From positions 1-64,000 of the forward strand of contig JAKMXF010000299.1 in NCBI GenBank assembly GCA_024704765.1: 64,000 nucleotides of DNA, in the 5' to 3' direction. The DNA comes from Oopsacas minuta. Its lineage: Eukaryota > Animalia > Porifera. The translations under genes and the position numbers were made by a program. Shown here piece after piece: positions 32,829-46,299 of the stretch. The stretch's first letter is position 1. Each line of letters opens with the position of its first letter. The notes beneath the pieces are model-generated. The model searched no databases. It saw nothing but the letters and a program-made list of their open reading frames with translations, and had not been told where the DNA came from.

Positions 32829-33199
32829 GGGATTTCTTTTTACGAACCATCCTTAATATTTCGAGAAATTTACTATACGCAATGTCCTAACTAATGACTT
32901 TTCCCCCATAAATTATTCTGTGTCTGCTAGCATAATAAATATAATCAATAGCAGGGATATTATTTAGGGAATTTCAATTTATTATCCTCTTTACATTGCT
33001 TACTTCATTTTAATTATATTATTGTTTACTGATAAGTTGTTTATTCAGGGTATATTCCTCTATATATTAGACAATTTATCCGAGTGTAAATAATGAAACG
33101 AATATACTTAGCTAATTGCTATTCTGTCCCCAGTATAAAATAATTAATTTATCCTCTTCAAATTATGCTTGTCTTCCTATCATATTACAGGAATTTCCC
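32829..33199. promoter_or_regulatory. Cluster of kB-like sites upstream of the NF-kB gene
   Basis: GGAATTTCCC at 33190-33199 (= GGGAAATTCC, exact GGGRNWYYCC match); near matches GGGAATTTCA 32967-32976, GGGTATATTCC 33048-33058, GGGATTTCTT 32829-32838. Function inferred. Confidence 0.45.
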
Positions 33200-33312
33200 T
33201 CATTGTTCCTACTCCGAATATTTAATTATTAGAAACAAATTATAACTACATAGTGCTGAATAGTGTATAGGTTTTATAATCCTCCTACATTAGCTTATAG
33301 ATTATCAGTATA

Positions 33313-33494
33313 CAGTGAAACCTTGTTAATACGAACACATCTAATACGAATTCCCGGTTAAAAGACGAACAGAATTTTACACAATTTGAGTCCGTACAAT
33401 GGTTATTCAATTGTTTTACTCCTGTTAATACGTACTCTGGATAAGGAGTACAAATCTCGTTGTCCCTTGATTACGTATTAACGAGGTTCTACTG
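33313..33494. mobile_element. 182-bp MITE of the Tc1/mariner superfamily (pogo/Tigger-like TIRs)
   Basis: TIRs CAGTGAAACCTTGTTAATACG ... CGTATTAACGAGGTTCTACTG, TA on both flanks (33311-12, 33495-96), internal TAATACG repeats, no coding capacity. Confidence 0.85.
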
Positions 33495-33508
33495 TAGATA
33501 TATTCCTA

Positions 33509-36500
33509 ATGTCAGGACACTTGTTTATTCCTCAAATCAATCCATCTAACTCTCCTGCTTCTAACGACCGTCAGCCTAGACGGAGACATACTAACCCTTC
33601 TATCCCGACTCATATACTGTCACACATTGACTCCCCTGAGACATTTGAATCTCTCCTTTCTCCCAGGTACACATAACTACATTATTATTATTATTATTAT
33701 TAATATTTATGTTACATTCCTGTTACTACTACTATATTTGTTTTAGACCTCACGAAAAGGCAAGTACTCCTAACTCTGCTGGAGGTACAGCTCCACTACT
33801 CAAAAGCACGAGTAGCTTAGAGTTCCATAACTTCTCCTCTCCTTTCCCTCCCTCCTCGGAGGTCAGTAGAATAACCGTTATTTCTGATGAATCCTCTCAC
33901 ATGAGTGCAGACTCTACAAGGCTAGAACAGCCTCCTGCTACAGCTGCTGAGATCCTAGATACGATAGAGAAGAGACTGTGTATCATGGCGGGAGGTATTG
34001 ACAAGAAGGGAAGGCTAATTCTTTGCATACCTGCTCAAGCTAAGGTTGTTATTCTCTCATAATATACGTACGTATATAGGTAATAACATTACCTGTATAG
34101 GAATTCTGTTATGATGCAGATGAGCTGAGGAGACTGATCCTTTATCTAGCAGACACACCCCCTCTTGAACTTAAGGCACTGGGGTTCATTGCCGTAGTTG
34201 ACGCCAGACACAGTCCATGGACCTCTAGCAAGCTCATCCTACATACTCTCAAAGATGCTCTCTCCTCCCACCTCCTTAAGGTATATCTCTTACAACCAGA
34301 TCAGTTCTGGAAGAAGAAACAGGCTTCTATAGGTAAGCAGCAGTGTATTACTAGCTGTATCGAAGATTTATGGTATTTATAACAGGTCATAGTAAGGAGA
34401 AAACTAAGCTCCCTTTTGAGACAATTCTTCTCTCCTCCCTCGAGAAGCTAGCCCGATATTTAGACTTGAAGCAATTGCCTGCTGAGATGGGAGGGACTCT
34501 CCCTTACGACCACTCAGAGTGGATCAAGCTCCGGCTACAGCTAGAGCATCTGATAGCTTCTCATAGCTTTATTATGGACCACTTTACTAGACTGGAGCGT
34601 CAGATTACGCATGAAGACAATCCTAGGTAGTAATAAGACTGGTTATTAGTATGTTACAATATTTAATAATTGATTCTATAGAGATATTCAGTCAGGAGAG
34701 ACTGTTCTAGAGAGACAGAGACAGCTGACTGAACAAATACACAAATCTCCTCAAGGGTTCTTACGAGAGGCTGATGACTTCTTGGAGAGAACAGAACAAT
34801 CTCAAAAGATTAGAAGTCCTACTCGCCCCCAATTCATGGTTAGCTATAACTAATATATTATTTGACAATAACTGTGGTTTATGTTTTTGTCTATTATAGC
34901 TATCTCCAGCAGTGCAAGTACCTTACAAACAGTATGCAGCTGTAATAGTCAGGAAGCTTATAGACTCTATGCAGAGAAGACAATTTCAGTTGTCAGTTAT
35001 AGCTGAGGATAAGACTGTCAGACTAGAGCACTGTATCAAGGTAACAGCTGGTATTAGCCTATAAGTTTATATGTTACGTCATGTACATAGGTTCACATAT
35101 TTGAGAATACTAGTGTAAAGCTAAAATCCTGGCTGATTGCTCACGGAGAGGAGAACCTGTCTGGTCCCTCTCACATAGGAGAGTCCTCGGAAGAGAGTTC
35201 TGAGATGATTGAAATTTTGAAAAGGTTCAAAGAGAAAGTTGTTACTATTTCCGGTGAAGTGAGGCATCTTTCGCGAGTAGCTCAGTTGATTCTCTCTTCA
35301 GATCCAACTGCTCCTTCTGACCATGCTAGCTCTCTTACAAAGCTTGTTGGTAACCGTATGGGTCTACTACATCAGCTGATGAGTCAGCTAGCTAATCGGT
35401 ATTATTAGTATATTGAATAATATTTATCTTATTTACCTGTTTATTTATTTGTTTACAGTATTCAGTCACGAGAAAAGATTCTTAATCTAGGAATTAGTTT
35501 CAATCAGCTGTGTGAAGAGCTTAAGGAAGTGATTAAGCATAAACACACCTTAGGGAATAGCTCTGAGAGAATAGTAGAGTTATCTAACCAAATTCTTCAG
35601 GTTTATATAGCAGTATTATACTTGTACATGTAGTTATGTATTTGTTATTAGGGAGGTCAGAGTCTTCTACAGGAGTTCAGACCAGAGAATTTCGCTTATT
35701 CACAACAACTACAAGGGGATTACCCGCGTACCAGTCTCCCTCCTCTCCACTATTCACCTGCTATTGAGTATACAACCAGACAACTAGAATGGAGTCATGA
35801 ACAGCTGTCTAGAGCTAATTCTAACGCTAGGAGGAGGCCTCCTGATGCTGATGGATACAGACTACAACAAGAAGAGATTACTCAAGTGAGTTAGCTGTCT
35901 TTCATATATTTCTACTTATTATTCCTGATATATGTAGGCTATTGAATGGGTAGAGAATGTGTATCATACTATGTTAGATGGTAAGATGCGAGTCTGGGGT
36001 AGTTCAGATGAGTTAGAGCAGTTACTAACAGATTTTGATAATCTTAAAGCTAACATAAATTCAACAGTAAAATACTGTCAGAACCTAATTACCCGCTGTA
36101 TCTCTTATGAGACTAATCAGCCTTCTCAGCTGATCGCTCCTCATGCACCTACTCTCCATTTCCGATTACGCTACCTAACTCAAATGAACACAACTCTAGA
36201 CAGAGCTATGCTAGAGTACGGAGATAGACTCCGTCTAGCATTAGACCTCCAGTTAGCTAGAATTAATGTAAGCAATAATCTGAATAACTATAAACTACTC
36301 ATAGCTGCTGGTAGTGTAGAAGCAGCTAAACAAAAAGAACTGGTAACTAACGACCTAGCTTGTACTACTGGTACAGCTACGTTCTTACAGCAACAGCTCT
36401 CCTTGCCTCTGGTATCTGTTCCTCCCTCTATTCTACCTCACACAGAGTACAGACTAATGCCGGAAACTGATCGTGCTATAGTGTCACTATTAACCGATCT

Positions 36501-39500
36501 GTCTAACATGCAGTCTCAATTAGAGGCTATATGTACTGATTCTAATAGAACTTTTACAGGAGAAGGGAAGGAAGATATGCTTAGAGATATTAGAGATAGA
36601 AGGAGTTGGATATCTGATATAGGATTACCTGGTATCTTGTCTCTGAGTAGGTGGGGACAGGAGCAAGAAAAGGATAATGAATCTCTTGCTAGATTCCTTC
36701 AATTTGAAAAAGAACACTTCTCTATAGAGACTTCAGTGTTAAAGCTCCTCAAGAATTCTCAATTAATAGATGAAGCTAAAATACTGAAGGAAGAATGGTC
36801 AGCGTACTCCCAGCAGTTCTCTATTGTAAAATCTCTATCCTCCAATGCTAGTACTTTTTACAGAGCAATGGAGCATGCTTATAGCACAGCAACCTCTCCA
36901 GTGGACATATCAGATACAGAGCCTAATAAACAGCTGAGAACTTATTTAAATCTACGATCTATTCTTCTCTCTTGTAAATCTGAGTGCCAGAGTTCATTAG
37001 ATAAACTTATGACTCTTACAGATGAGTTAATACTACTCATTGGTAAGACATTTGGAGTAACATTCAAGCATACAAGTATGCTACTGTCTTGTGAGAAAAT
37101 AGAGGACAGGTTAAATACGTTTGAGTTAGAATGGAGATTAGTTCTGAAGGAAATAGGTATGGAACCATTTGATACGTTAATTCGTAATTGTAACGATGTT
37201 CTTACCGCTTTTGAGAGTTATACAGACGAATTTGGAGGAACGTTAAGAGTTGGAAATAGCAAAGAAGATGTCAAACAGCTGACTTTTGAACTATCTGGCT
37301 GTGTTAAGAACCAAGAAAAACTTGCAGAAGACAAATTATCTGTAGAAGAGATGGCTAACGAACTTCTTAAAATGCACAAACTGTTACAATCTCATGAAAA
37401 ATCGCGAGTTGAGTTGCTTTTAAGTGATATATGTAGAGCTAAGGAAGAACTGAATATACTGATTACTGGTAGAGAGAGTTTTATTAAAGAATGTTCTCTC
37501 TTCCATTCCAGATACTCCGCTCTTGTTAGAGAGATTGAGAGATTAGAACAGACATTATTCAAACCTCAGTCATTAACTGTCAATCAATCAAAAGATTCTT
37601 CTTCAAAAATCCAACAAATCAGTGCTTCTTGCCAGAAAGAAGTTAACCAATTCTTGAAATTCACAGATAGTATCCATGATTTTCCATCTACTGAAACTCT
37701 ACACATTAAGAATATGCAACACAGAATAGAGTCTAGATTGTCAGAATGTCAGAAGCAGTTGAGAGAGAAAGGGGCTTATTCTAAACAGGAGAAGGAGTTG
37801 GAGGAGTTAACTCAAAAAGCAAGAGCTCTATACAACTGGTATCTCGACCATATGGGAGCTTATCTACAGAACATCAGCTCTCTGCCTTGTACTAAACATG
37901 CTCTCAATGAATATTCTTTGGAAATGACGACATTTCAACAACAGATACTATTATCAAAAGAATCAGAACACGAGACGTTACAGAACAGAGCTGCTCTATT
38001 CATTCGCTCTCTAACGGCTGAATCAGACAGATATAAGCTTGAACATGTGTCAGAAGAATTGAAAAACATTCATAAGAAACGAACTTCACATTTTAACGAT
38101 CTTCAACACTTAGCTCACCTATCTACAGATATTCTATCTTGTTGCGAAGAAGTGTCTATTCTAATTTCTGATATTGATGAGTTTTGTCAAACAGCTGATT
38201 CATCATCAATAGATGTATTTCAAGAATATCAAGCTCGTTTTGAGCTTTCTCAGAGCTGTATTACCAAACTATCATCTCTCTTCGAGCAGTTCTCCTCACA
38301 TCCAGCTGCTTCACTCTCCCCACACGAGTCAGCTGATATTCAATGCATGAAAGCTCTTGATACATTTCGTAGAGAAGTGCTGAAATTAAAGGTACACTTT
38401 AATCAGGTAGAACATGCATTTCTATCTTGTGAGCGTAGCTTCCAAACTCTACCCTCTCTTGACAACTCTTCACATAGAGAACTCGAGTTACTACGTGACG
38501 TCATATCACAAGTTGACGGAGATCTAGCTCGTATTAGTCGTGTATTTCCTCTGACACTAGCAGACACACAACAAGCTCTAAACAGTGTCACCAGCTCTCA
38601 ATCAGCACTCTCTAGCATTAATCGTGTTACTTTAGAGAAGAGCTATTCTACTTCTAAACTCAATACTCTTGCAAGCTCTCTTCTTGTTAAGTATAATACT
38701 GCTTCTGATTTCTCTCTACAGCTGTCTAATATACTCAACAATCTTCTATCCTTCTTATCTGCTACAGAGAGTTGTAGAGCTATGCTACAGAACCTGCTAA
38801 CACAAGTTAACGCTAACAAAGCTCTGCCCTCTCCTCTCCGTATTGAAAGGGTAGAGAAGAGCATTTCTAGACAGTTGACTGATAAATCTGATATAACTGA
38901 GAGTGTTAAAGAAATCCTAACTGATAAACAGCTCTCTCAAATACTGTCTAAGTTAAACAGTTCTACTGCTACAGTACAGCAACTATTCACTCAACTGAAA
39001 AGTGCTATCCGCCTCAAGACTGAATCAAACGGAGAAAAGTTATCACTAGATCAAGTGGACAGATTTGAGTTAGAAGCTTTTCAAATGATTGATTCTATCA
39101 AACTCAAGATGGATGACATTCCTGATATGGATTTGGTTGTGCAGAAAGGTTTATTAATCAATTCAGTCCGCGAGCAGCTTGACGGATTAACTCTAGAAGA
39201 AGACTTTATTAAAATGTTAATTAAATCAGTCAATCATCTGCTAATGACTGGTAACTCTATAATATCTACAGGACATCCTAAATGGCTCCGTGTAGAGAGA
39301 CTCAGTGAGCAGGTATCTGCTACTCTCAAAGAGTTCAAAGATATCGTAACCAGCAATAAACAGAGACTTAACTTGCTGATGGAACTCAGCTCTTCTCTTA
39401 CTGATATGAGAGAATGGTGTAATACTGTCAGTCAATTGACAGCTACTCCTCTACCTGTAGAACATAGCAGAGAGCTTATACCCCTCTACCACAAGACAGA

Positions 39501-42500
39501 AGCTTGTCTTAACTCTGCTCCTGCACATTTATCATTAGTGGAGACCTCTCTGTGGTTAGCTCAGCAGATAAAAGTACAACAAATAACAGAGATTGTGCTT
39601 GATATCAAAGTAGATTCTGAGTCATTATTCGAGCTTCTTAAATCAAAGAGAGATGATATTCAAGCTAAAAATCTCCTCTCAGAGTCTTCTCCCCCTCTCT
39701 CCCATACGTTCCCTCAATCAGAGACTTCTCAAGGAGATAGCTCAGCTCCTAATACTGTAATTATGAGACATACCTCCTCAACAAGTTCTCAGGAATCTAA
39801 ATCTTCAATCAACACGGTAGAACAGGACTATGCTCTTAAATTCATTAATTATGTCATTAAAGATTTGCTATTCTCTGAAGCTGCTTATGTTCAGCACTTA
39901 AAGAAATTGGTACAAGTATTTATTCCTTATTTTTCACAAACACACATAACTCCAGTTAGTTTACAAGGACAGATCTCAGCTCTATTTGCTAACATCCAAG
40001 AGCTGTACTCTCTACATTCCAATATATTATCAGAACTGGAAGCTAAAGACGTACACGCAGAAGATGTGTGTCATGCATTCGCTTCTAGAGAGAAGGAATT
40101 TTGGGCTTATTTCATTTACATGAAGAATTCATTCCAGTCCCAGAAATTGATAGAAAAACATGACGCTAAAGTCTGGCAGCACATATCTCAAGTGCTGAAC
40201 ACTGTACATCCTCTACAGTTCTATCTCTTACAGCCGTTACAGAGAATACCCAAGTATCAGATCCTGATTAAGGACTTGTTAGATTACGCCATCGCTTCTC
40301 GGTCCCCTCACGCCTCTTCTTTAGACTCTACTCTCAATCTACTACATTGGATTCCTACCTGTGCTGATAATGCATTACACTGGAGCTTTTTGGATGAATG
40401 CACACAATCCGTGAATGAGAAAGATATTCTCCTACAAGATGCGTTCTATGCTACTTTTGGCTTCAAAGAGAAGAACGCTAGAGAATACAGAATATTTATG
40501 ACATCAGAACATCTCCTATTCTGTGACGTCATTCACCAGTCTCATTCTAACAATAAATATATTTTCAAAGATGCGTTTAAACTCTCAGAATGTTTCCTAA
40601 CATTCTGTTATGTTGATGTATCTTCAAAGTTCAGAGTTTCTACATTCTCTAAACCTGTAGTGCTATCTTATTCTATTCTAGCAAAGACTCCCGAAATAAA
40701 GAACAAATGGGTAGAAGGTATGATAAAGCTGCTAGCTGAGTTCCATGGTGTGTTACTCCCAATACGAGATAACCCCTCTAAAGCTGGATCTCCCCCTCCT
40801 GGCATTTTTGAAGTAACTGCGAACTTTGAACCCACGAGTTCTGGACTGTTCCTCAAATTGGTAAGAGGACAGAAGGTCCGTGTCCTTAACAAAAGTCAAG
40901 GTGACGTATGGTTAGTATCCGTGGTTGGATCAATCTGCGAGGAGGGACTAATCCCTTCATCTCATCTCAGAGAGATCCCAGTACATAAACCCAGCTGGGC
41001 TAGTTCTTCTGTATTCTCTGAATCAGCATTCTCACAAGATCCTTCTGTCATATTGTCCAGCTGTCAGCTAGACTACTCGCATCTATACACTCTACTCTCT
41101 GATTACAGTATAGAGGATGATAATTCTATGATTGAAGAGACCTGTCCTTTCAAATCAGGAGATCGTGTCATGGTCCTGGATACTGAATCAGATGCTACTC
41201 TATGGTTAGTCGGTAAATTGGTTGGTCCATTCGAACTTGAGCCCGAAAAACATCTCCCTTACCTCTTGCTCGTAAAGGCTGTTCGTCCCTCAATTAGTAA
41301 TAGGAGCAGAGGGCTAACACACAATAGTGAATTCTCTCCCAGTCCTCAGAACAGAGTTAAGGGTAGAACAATAGACTCTAATTTATCTGAAAATGATATT
41401 ACAACTCAACCAGAGCCATGTAACAGATCCCCCGCTCCCTCAATAGATACTCTCCCAGGAGATGAACAAGACACAGAACAGGAAGTAACTGATCAGCAGT
41501 GGGAGAGATTGAAAGAACAGGCTAGCTATCTACATCTATCTACCTCCCCTGCTTACTCAGTATCAGAATTCCCTCAGCAGAAAGGCAGTAGATGCAATAG
41601 CTCTCCTCTAGAACACCAGAGTGATACAATGATGGTTAATGTACTCAAGGATTTTGAAGCAGATGAGTCTGACCTTCTAACAGTGCATCTAGGGTCTCGT
41701 CTAGAAGTGCTATACACAGAAGGTACGGGATGGGTTATGTGTAGATCTCTAGCAGGAGAGGAGGGATTAGTACCTGACTCATGTCTAGAACTATCCTCTC
41801 TGGAGGATAGCTTAGCTCCTACTATCTCTCATAAGAGCTCTCTGTCTCAGCCTGTCACTCTATCTCATAATTACGTCAAATCTTATGACAGTCAGGACAG
41901 TAGTGTGCCTTCTGACTTTCCTGTCCTTAGTCAAGTAAAGTCTTACCACACATCTCCTGATAGTGTGTGTAGTGGTGAATATTCTGCCGCCCTAAATGCC
42001 CCCAATCTAACAGCACTAGAAAAGAGCTCTCTAGTTATAGACGAGTTAGTTTCTACTGAACAAGAGTATGTACAGGATCTGACCTATTCTCTAGCGCATT
42101 ATCCTGAAGCATTTAACAGAAAAGAAGTTCCTAAACAGCTGCAGACTATTTGTACTGAACTATTCGAATTAGTTTCTAGACTACACAGTTTCCATCGTAA
42201 CATATTTCTACCAGTTCTACGTATGTGTCAGTCTCATCCTGAGAATCTCGGAGAGTGTTTCACGTCTCAAAGAGAGAGTCTTAAGCTATACATAGACTAT
42301 ATAGAGCAGAAGCACTTGGTAGAAGGGCCTATGCGTGAATACAGCAGTCAAATAGAAGAATTAGATAGGAGTATTCCTAAGAAAGCTAAACAGACATTAG
42401 CTGACTACTTAATACGTCCTGTACACAGGATCACTAAGTACCCTCTAATCTTGCAGGATATGTTAAAGTACTCTATTAGAGCTGACCAGCATCTCCCTAA

Positions 42501-45500
42501 GATAGAGGCAGCTGTAGACCTCTGTAAGGAGATTCTACGACAAGCTAACACCCGTATTCACTTCTTAATGTTAGAGTTTGAGCATAAACAATCGTTAGAA
42601 CTTCCTTGTATCTTGTCTGACTCGTTTCTAGTACAGGTGGGTAACAGACACGCCCTCAAAGAGAGACAAGTATTCTTGTTCCCTAAAACTCTATTGTTCT
42701 CCAAAAAGAAACAATTCCCTAGTGGAAAGGAGAATTATTACCTCAAAGATTTCCTCCAATGCAGTGACTATACAGAGGTTAGAGCTAGTTCAGATCATCC
42801 TAACACTATAGAGCTAACAGCTGGAGAGCGTATACTGCTCAAATGTAAGTGTACAGATTCTCATAATCTCTGGTTAGATTCGTTAACCGCTCAGTTTAAT
42901 TCCCCTCCCCTGGAAGGCCCAATATTACAGCATCTGACTATGACATGTAGGAAGGGATTATTCCGTGTGGACAGTTTTGCTAGGAGGAGAGCTTTCTCCC
43001 TCAATGATCCTCCTCGTGTACGTCACGAGCCTTCAGAGAATAGGACCTCAAAGCTCCAATCAGTTCCATTCCCTAAAACTCCCTCCTCCCAATACCAAAG
43101 TAAACCCACTACATCTCTGCTTGCCCCAAGGATAGTACAGCTGTCTTCTGAGCATGAGTTCTGGATTCTGAAGCCTCTCACCATAACATGTCGGTTTGCT
43201 AGTAACCCTCCGCCCTGCCTTGTACAATGGGCGCATGGAGATACTCAAATCATTAGTGAGAGCCAAGAGACCGTCCTTATTGTCACTTCTCATGTCAGCA
43301 GCAAGCTACGTATTGATAAGTGTGATTTTTCGCACTCAGGTTCCTATACGTGTTATGTTAAGAATGAAGTAGGAGAGATCAGTAAATCCACTCAGGTTAC
43401 TATCCGTGGGCCTCCCACACAGCCTACTTCTCCTCAAACTACTAAATCATCAACTCACTCAGTCAAGCTAAAGTGGACACCTCCCAGTTTTGACGGTAAC
43501 AGTCCGTTAATAAGCTACGTCATAGAATCACACTCTGGTGATGAGGTATGGAGTAGAGTAGCTGAGTGTCCATCTAGCAAAACCAGCACTACTATCAAGA
43601 ACTTATCTCCTAAATTGATCTATCAGTTTAGAGTAATAGCTGCTAACAAGCTGGGTAGTAGTGAACCTGGTCCTCCCTCCCTTACGGTATCTCTCTACCC
43701 TCTACACAAGGTCCTAGCTGTATCCTCTAGTCTAGGTAAGCTAGGCAGTGAAACGGAGCCCTCAGAGGATGAAGCTCTCCCCTTCAGCTCTTATACATAT
43801 TCTAAAGAGATTGGACGAGGTAGATTCGCGGTTGTTTACACCTGTTGTTTCAAAGGTGCCAAATTTGACTTAGCGGCTAAAATAGAGCGAGTAACTACTG
43901 ACGTCCGGAAACCTCTACAACACGAGGCATCCATATTGACAGGTTTGAAGCATCCTAACATTGTAGAGCTCATAGAATTTGAACAGCTATCAGATACAGG
44001 ACGTCTAATACTAGAGCTAGTGTCTGGAGAAGCTATGTTAGACCGTATTGTATCAGAAGATCTATTGACAGAAGCTGTAGTAGTCCGCTATCTACATCAA
44101 ATCCTGCTAGCAGTACTGTACCTACATGATTCCTCAATAGCTCATAACGATCTGAGACCATCTAACATACTAACTACATCCACTGAACCCCCACAAATTA
44201 AACTGGCTGATTTCGGGTCTGCTTTTAAGATTGATAACTTTTCACAAACAATAATTCCTCTTACAACAGAATTCACATCTCCAGAAGCTCTAGAAGACCT
44301 ACCATTATCCGGTCAAGTAGACCTGTGGGCACTCGGTGTTATCTGTTACATTATGTTAACAGGAGTTAGCCCGTTCTTCGCGGAATCTCATGAGTTCTCT
44401 CACACTGCTTACAACATTCTAACCTGTAACTACTCTCTACAAGAATCTGTATTTCAAGACATATCACAAGAAGCACAGGATTTTATACAGCAGCTGCTTG
44501 TCCTAGATTCACAGGTTAGATTAACAGCTAATGGATGTCTATCACACCCCTGGGTACGAGAGCTCACCCAGTCAGCTGGACACTCCCCCTGGCCCATGCC
44601 TCAGCTCTCCAAACATACTCTCAAACAGCTGGTTATTAGACTACATAAAGAAGATTCTATGAGAGCTACGAAGGATCAATTCTTAGTGTTAAGTGATGGA
44701 CACCTGGTGTCTCCATTGATCAGTGAATTAAAGCCTGCTGTGACCACTGCTGGAGATGTAACTGCTGAATTGAATAAGAGTATTAATCTCACATTCTTTG
44801 TGTCAGGAGACCCGACACCGAACTTAAGCTGGGAGTTAAACTCTGTTAAAATATCAGAAGATAATCTAAACTGTCCTATCACTTATAGAGAGGGACAAGC
44901 AGTAATATCTATAGATGAGGTAGAGCCTATACATCAGAGTGTTTATACGTGTGTAGCTAGTAATCGTTTGGGGACTGCTAGTGCTAGTGTAAGGCTGATG
45001 GTGGAGGGAGCTCCTGCTGCTCCTCTTTCCCCCCAGGCTATTCTCATTACTCAGAAAAAGGCTTTGATTTCCTGGCAAGGAAGTGTTGAAAAGTTAGAAT
45101 CTGTGAGTTATAGTTTGGAGCGGTTAGGAGCCCCTGATGGGAAATGGGAGTTATTAGCTGAGAATTTGGAGACGACTGCTTTTGTAGATTCCTCTCTAGT
45201 TGAGGGTAGTGAGTATCAATATAGAGTATATTCCTCTAGCAAGCTAGGTATCAGCTGTCCCTCTGTACCAACATCTCCTCTGTTGGTACCAGGTCTGGGT
45301 GTTAATCTGGAGGAGGAGAGCGAGCTAGTTTTCAAACAAAACTTCATATTGTGTGGAGAATTAACAGCTGGTAGATCAGCTGATATAAAACTATGTAAGG
45401 AGAAATTGACGGGACATAAGTTTGTAGCTAAGTTCATCCCGATCACTTCTCGCTCTCAGGAAGATTTCAAGAGAGAAACTGACATTCATAAAGAGTTGAT

Positions 45501-46167
45501 ACATCCCAGGGTTGTTCAGTATAATTCGCGCTTTTTTACACCTTCTAGCTACATCCTTGTACTGGAACATATGCCTGCAGGAAATCTTTTACAATACTTA
45601 TCCCTTGAAAAGACTATTTGTACAGAGTCCCAGTTAATTTCCATAATCTCCCAGCTGATAGAACTAATAGTATATCTATCTAGTGTAGGAGTAGTGCATT
45701 GTAACTTGGAGCCTGAGTGCTTGCTTGTTGGAGAGAGGGGGGATATCAAGGTAACAGATTTCTCGCTCTCCAGAAGATCAGGAAAACATGTCCCTGCTTC
45801 TAGTCTATCTCTTTCTGCTCGCGGTTTCGTAGCTCCCGAGGTGCTTAGAGGTGCTTGTGTGAGTTCTAAGAGTGACATCTGGACTCTAGGATGTCTCTGT
45901 ATACTCCTAACTACTGGTACCATCCTCTCCAACTCTCAAACTGGTCATGAACCTGTCATAAGAGAGAAATGTCAGCTCCTGTCAAGCCATTTGAGTATAT
46001 TTGGACAACAGTTTGTAGAACAAGCTCTAGTCATAAACCCCACACGCAGAATGACTGCAGAGATCGCTGCAACTCATCCATGGTTCACTAATGAGCCTGA
46101 GTCTCCTAATACCCTTCTTACTCATGAGCAAATTTACCAGATTATTACTGACAGAAACTATTTATAA
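33509..46167 (+). CDS. Giant Trio/Kalirin-like RhoGEF-kinase: SEC14, spectrin-like repeats, DH-PH, 3 SH3, DH-PH, Ig-FN3-kinase, Ig-FN3-pseudokinase
   Basis: SEC14 'DELRRLILYLAD.P...GFIAVVDAR...W', 'QLPAEMGGTLPYDHSEWI'; DH 'VIKDLLFSEAAYV..L' and 'VIDELVSTEQEYVQDL'; kinases 'EIGRGRFAVV..HNDLRPSN..DFG' and 'HCNLEPEC..DFS'. About 9 short introns in 33667-35937, then one 10.2-kb exon (35938-46167). Start codon inferred. Confidence 0.9.
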
Positions 46168-46299
46168 TCTTTATAACTTATTTATTCGTTATTATTACTG
46201 TCTATTGATACAATTTTCATATTTCGATATTTGAATACCCTTGTTATGCTTTTACGTCATAAGGTAAGCTAATACAGTGGTTATTAGCTGGTCTGTCAC

